From the NCBI RefSeq assembly GCF_048593235.1, contig NC_133622.1, forward strand, positions 251,228,055-251,292,054: a stretch of DNA of 64,000 nt, in the 5' to 3' direction. A program made the position numbers and the translations under genes. Source of the DNA: Sminthopsis crassicaudata. Taxonomy: Eukaryota. Positions 59,217-64,000 of this stretch are shown piece by piece (positions within the stretch are counted from its first letter, which is position 1; every line of letters starts with the position of its first letter). Below the pieces are notes generated by a model. That model was not told the DNA's origin. It was given only the letters and a program-made list of their open reading frames with translations, and ran no database searches.

Positions 59217-59610
59217 CTTGAAAAGGAACTCTGGAACTGACACGAGAGTGACAGATGATTGGCCTGGGTACCTCCAGACCCGGTTCTTCTCGCCCTCCCC
59301 AACCTCTCATCCGCAACTCTCCTTACCTCAGTTCATTCAATGGACTTGTGGGGTCTCACATTCTGTGGAGGGACCTGGTTGTTTCCAGGGAGACGGTTCT
59401 GTGATGTAAGGCCTGGCTCCTTCCACTAGAGTGCCTTTCACAGAATCCTAGAATCTCAGAGAACATCAAAGGTCACCAGAACCTGGCAAATCGTCATCTA
59501 TAATCTTGCTGACCTCTAGGAAAGGGAGCGCAATGATAATGCACTCAGGAAGGTCTGAGTTCAAATTTGGCCTCACATTCGCTGTGCCCCCCAGTGCATC
59601 AGTAGGAATA

Positions 59611-60740
59611 ACACTGGTAATAGTAGCAGCAGCAGGAATAATAGTGGTAATAGTAGCAGCAGCAGGAATAATAGTAGTAATAGCAGCAGCAGCAGGAATA
59701 ATAGTGGTAATAGTAGCAGCAGCAGGAATAATAGTAGTAATAGCAGCAGCAGCAGGAATAATAGTGGTAATAGCAGCAGCAGCAGGAATAATAGTAGTAA
59801 TAGTAACAGCATCAGGAATAATAGTGGTAATAGTAGCAGCATCAGGGATAACAGTGGTAATAGCAGCAGCAGCAGGAATAATAGTAGTAATAGCAGCAGC
59901 AGCAGGAATAATAGTGGTAATAGTAGCAGCAGCAGGAATAATAGTGGTAATAGCAGCAGCAGCAGGAATAATAGTAGTAATAGTAACAGCATCAGGAATA
60001 ATAGTGGTAATAGTAGCAGCATCAGGGATAACAGTGGTAATAGCAGCAGCAGCAGGAATAATAGTAGTAATAGTAACAGCATCAGGAATAATAGTGGTAA
60101 TAGTAGCAGCAGCAGGAATAATAGTGGTAATGGTAACAGCATCAAGAATAATAGTAGTAATAGTAACAGCATCAGGAATAATAGTGGTAATAGTAGCAGC
60201 AGCAGGAATAATAGTAGTAATAGTAACAGCATCAGGAATAATAGTGGTAATAGTAACAGCATCAGGAATAATAGTGGTAATGGTAACAGCATCAAGAATA
60301 ATAATGGTAATAGCAGCAGCAGCAGGAATAATAGTAGTAATAGTAACAGCATCAGGAATAATAGTGGTAATAGTAGCAGCATCAGGGATAACAGTGATAA
60401 TAGCAGCAGCAGCAGGAATAATAGTAGTAATAGTAACAGCATCAGGAATAATAGTGGTAATAGTAGCAGCATCAGGGATAACAGTGGTAATAGCAGCAGC
60501 AGCAGGAATAATAGTAGTAATAGTAACAGCATCAGGAATAATAGTGGTAATGGTAACAGCATCAAGAATAATAATGGTAATAGCAGCAGCAGCAGGAATA
60601 ATAGTAGTAATAGTAACAGCATCAGGAATAATAGTGGTAATAGTAGCAGCATCAGGAATAATAGTGGTAATGGTAACAGCATCAAGAATAATAGTAGTAA
60701 TAGTAGCAGCATCAGGGATAACAGTGGTAATAGCAGCAGC
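59611..60740. repeat. 30-bp-unit tandem array (about 37.5 units; ATAGTGGTAATAGTAGCAGCAGCAGGAATA and variants)
   Basis: A strict 30-bp register with no indels holds from 59641 to 60720. Units are built from AAT/AGT/AGC/GGT triplets. Confidence 0.97.
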
Positions 60741-61699
60741 TATTATAATCTAGGCTACCCCCCCATTTTCTTGACAATCCCTCTCCCAGCCTCTTCCTAC
60801 TCATCCAGGCTAGACCTGGGGTCCTAGAGCCAAGTATAATCCTTAGAAATGAAAGTCTGGTCCTTTCCTGGCAGGATCAAGTCTAAAACACCCAGGAAAA
60901 AGGGGAGCCTCCAATCCCTGAAAGGAGCAGGGATGGGGAAATAATTCCCACATTCCCCCAGAGAACTTGCAGGGCTCTAAGCACAGAGGAGATGGCAAAG
61001 ATCCATGACATCACTGAAGGAAGGTCTCTTCTCTCTTTGAAGGTCATGAGGTTGAGGAACCTTACCCCTCCCCTTTTTTTGACCAAGGCCGACACACTTT
61101 GAATCCAAACCAACTACCACTGGGCCCTGTAGATGTAGGAGCTTCCATTCTCTTCATGTACACAAGTGTGTACAAGACAGATTTGATAAACCAAAGGCTT
61201 TTTTTTTTTTTTTTTTGAAAGGAGGTACTCATTTCTGTTTTGAGCATGCAGTTTAGGAGAGATCTCCTGAGCTGAGTTTTGAAGAAACTGAATAGTTCCA
61301 AAAGGCAGAGATTAAGAGGGAATGAATTCCAGGCATGGGGAGCAAACTGTACAGAAGCATGGCACCCTTAGATGGTGTCTTATGGGAAGAACAGTGAGAA
61401 TAACAGTTTGGTTGGGTCAGTGAATATGAGAAGGAGACTGATGTCCAATAATGTTTAGAAACATTATTTGGGGGTCAAGGAATGAAGAGCTTTCAATGGC
61501 AAACAGAGGAGTTTGTATCTGAACCTAAAAGATAAAGAAAAACACAGGATTTTCTGAGGAGAGGAGGACCATAGTTTGACCTAGTTTTAGGAATATTGTT
61601 TTGGCAGCTGGGTGGACAATGAATTTGGAAGAAGAGTCAGTGGTCAAGAAACTATATGCCATTTTTGACTTCCTTCACAGGTTAATTATACACTATTTC

Positions 61700-61920
61700 A
61701 AAGTCCAATTCTTTTTGTTCAGCAAAACAACTGTTTGGATATTATACATATATTGTATTTAACATATACTTTAACATATTGAACATGTATTGGTCAACCT
61801 GCCATCTGGGGGAGGGGATGGGGGGAAGGAAGGGAAAAGTTGGAGCAAAAGGTTTGGCAATTGTCAATGCTGGAAATCACCCATGTATACATCTTGTAAA
61901 TGAAAAGCTATAATAAAAAA
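61700..61920 (+). mobile_element. LINE-1 3' UTR end with A-tail
   Basis: CTGCCATCTGGGGGGAGGGG...GTCAATGCTGGAAATCACCCATGTATACATCTTG...AATAAAAAA. Confidence 0.7.
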
Positions 61921-61973
61921 GCCAACTATGATGTAAAAAAAAAAGAAACTATACGCCAAATTTCTATAATCGT

Positions 61974-62965
61974 GTTGGATGATATAACGGGATGAAAATG
62001 TTGGATGAAAATAATATCAAATCTGCATAAGCTAATTTAAAGAGCATATCTGATAGTATATATATAGAAAGACAAAGGTATACTAGTTATATATTAAGTT
62101 AAAAGATCCTTTGACTTTTCAATGTTATGAGGATAATTAACTGTCTGTTCTGTGTTAAGGAATACATGTCTAGTAGGAGATGTTCAGACAAAGGTTATAT
62201 ATTAAGTTAAAAGATCCTTTGACTTTTCAATGCTATGAGGATAATTAACTGTCTGTTCTGTGTTAAGGAATACATGTTTAGTAAGAGATGTCCAGATGTG
62301 TGTGCATTTGAACAGAGCTACAAGTTAAATGGTTTTATTGTGAATCTCATATGCATTATTTTAAACTTTAAACTGGGATTACTTAAAATTGTTATTCACT
62401 GTGTTTATGTATCCATCCCAGAATCTTTTGTTAACTTTAGATAAATCTGGCAACTTTAGAAGAATTTGTTTATATATTGGAGTACATCTTATTATTCTGG
62501 CTTCTGATTTCTGTTTGTAGACATAGAGCGGTGTACAGGTGATGGATATTGGTGATAAGTAAAATTGTGAATTCCCTGGTCTAGAAAGATTCCATAAAGT
62601 TAGAGTTAACTTTCATGTCCTTACCTGTTGAGTAGCAAAGTAAATTGGAAGGTTCTTTTGAGATCAGTTTTGTAGGAAACTTCTACACTTGGCCTGAGCT
62701 GAAGAACAGACCAGAGCCACAGGACTGCAGGAGAAGTATCTAGAGGAAGAAGTAGACATCTACTTTTTCCTTTTCATCTTTTATCTATAAGATCCAATTA
62801 TCAAAGGGGTTTGCCCCCTTTATTTTTGTCAAGCCATTTTTGTCTGCCATTTTTTCATTTTTTCCTCTCATGTTGTCTCCCCTCACAAGTCCCAAGAAAC
62901 CCTTGATAAAATATTTGTCTTTGATCTAAAAGAAAATGGCCAAACGACCATTCTTTTTAATAACC
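61974..62965. mobile_element. AT-rich LTR-like segment containing a 107-bp tandem duplication
   Basis: Begins TGTTGG and can be closed at ...AATAACCA; about 1 kb long. Internal direct repeat at 62087 and 62194. No internal retroviral ORF is visible and the family was not recognised. Confidence 0.3.
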
Positions 62966-62992
62966 AGTTGGCCTTGTTAATAAAATGATTAA

Positions 62993-63130
62993 GGAGCAGC
63001 TAGGTGGGGCAGTGGATAGAGCACCAGCCTTGAATTCAGGAGGACCTGAGTTCAAATCTGATCTCAGATACTTAACACTTCCTTCCTAGCTGTGTGACCC
63101 TGGGCAAGTCACTTAACCCCAGCCTGGGGG
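62993..63130 (+). mobile_element. Young core SINE (WSINE1-like) running into the gap
   Basis: Nearly the same sequence as 42589-42720. Confidence 0.88.
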
Positions 63131-63313
63131 NNNNNNNNNNNNNNNNNNNNNNNNNNNNNNNNNNNNNNNNNNNNNNNNNNNNNNNNNNNNNNNNNNNNNN
63201 NNNNNNNNNNNNNNNNNNNNNNNNNNNNNNNNNNNNNNNNNNNNNNNNNNNNNNNNNNNNNNNNNNNNNNNNNNNNNNNNNNNNNNNNNNNNNNNNNNNN
63301 NNNNNNNNNNNNN
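63131..63313. other. Assembly gap (183 N)
   Basis: Run of N. Confidence 1.
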
Positions 63314-64000
63314 AAACCCTGGGTTAAATGCTGGAAATACAAATACTATGAGCAAAAAAAAACCACAAAACCGGACCTCAAGGAGTCTTCAATCTAATGG
63401 GGAAAGACAAGACCTACAAAGAAACTGGAGGGAGGAGGTATCTAGCTAGGGTAGGGGGGAGAAGCTTGGATTACATCCTGGGGAGAAATGAAGTGATGAC
63501 CAGTCCAAGATCCTTCAGAGGAGGGTCTGGGAGAATCCTCCACCCTCCAATCACAGGGAGAGGGCCCAAGGGTAGAGGGTACTTCTGAGGTATGAATTAC
63601 AGGGCTGAGCTGGCAAGGTGAAGAGATTTCTGGGGCCTGATGGAGAATCCCGGAGTATACTTTTGTGAGAAATGAATGAGAAGAGAGGCTAGAGGAAATG
63701 AAATCAGGAAAAAAAAAATGAATGAATTGATGAAATTTAGATTAAGTACTGTATTGAATTAATGAATGAATGAGTGAAAAAAAGTATGCATTAAGCATTG
63801 ACTATGTGTAAAGCACTGTGCTAAAGGGTGGAGATAAAAGAGACCAGGCAAATACTTCCTCCCCTCAAGTAAGAACTTCCAATGGGAGAAAGGTCTCAGC
63901 TGCCATTTGGATGGAGGAGTCCTGTGGTCCTTAGCCAAGCAGAAGGTCAGGGCTATTCTCTCCTGATGTTGAACCACCGGACAGGGCCCAAGACTTTGGG

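Noticed and set aside
59466-60750. Stop-free minus frame (IPAAATITTI)n or the Tyr/His/Cys frame as the missing CATSPER1 N-terminal exon
   Set aside because: The Thr/Ala frame has no ATG and no good acceptor, and its GTGAGG donor is phase 0 while the downstream acceptor needs phase 1. The His-containing frame has repeated TGA stops.
59506-60753. 415-aa Ile/Val/Ala ORF (+) and 379-aa poly-Leu ORF (-)
   Set aside because: By-products of a triplet-based 30-bp repeat. The start codons are unconvincing and there is no splice context or homology.

Overview
Eukaryotic (mammalian) genomic DNA. The core-SINE, L1 and L2 types suggest a marsupial (inference). The window carries the conserved human 11q13.1 gene order: TSGA10IP(+), SART1(+), EIF1AD(-), BANF1(+), CST6(+), CATSPER1(-). 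All six genes can be spliced by hand into intact ORFs with GT-AG introns and consistent phases. Positions 1 to about 12,990 are an 18-bp minisatellite with nested higher-order repeats that decays to within about 60 bp of the TSGA10IP start codon. A second, strict 30-bp array sits just upstream of CATSPER1. Most notable observations: (1) CATSPER1 appears to be only 460 aa and lacks the large His-rich N-terminus of human/mouse CatSper1; (2) two S4 gating arginines of CATSPER1 are replaced; (3) each testis gene has a large tandem array at its 5' end, and the TSGA10IP array carries about 35 CCAAT boxes; (4) BANF1 has gained cysteines; (5) a palindromic, bidirectional poly(A) signal lies between SART1 and EIF1AD. 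Comparisons with human/mouse proteins are from memory; no alignment or database search was run. Two N gaps limit what can be seen.
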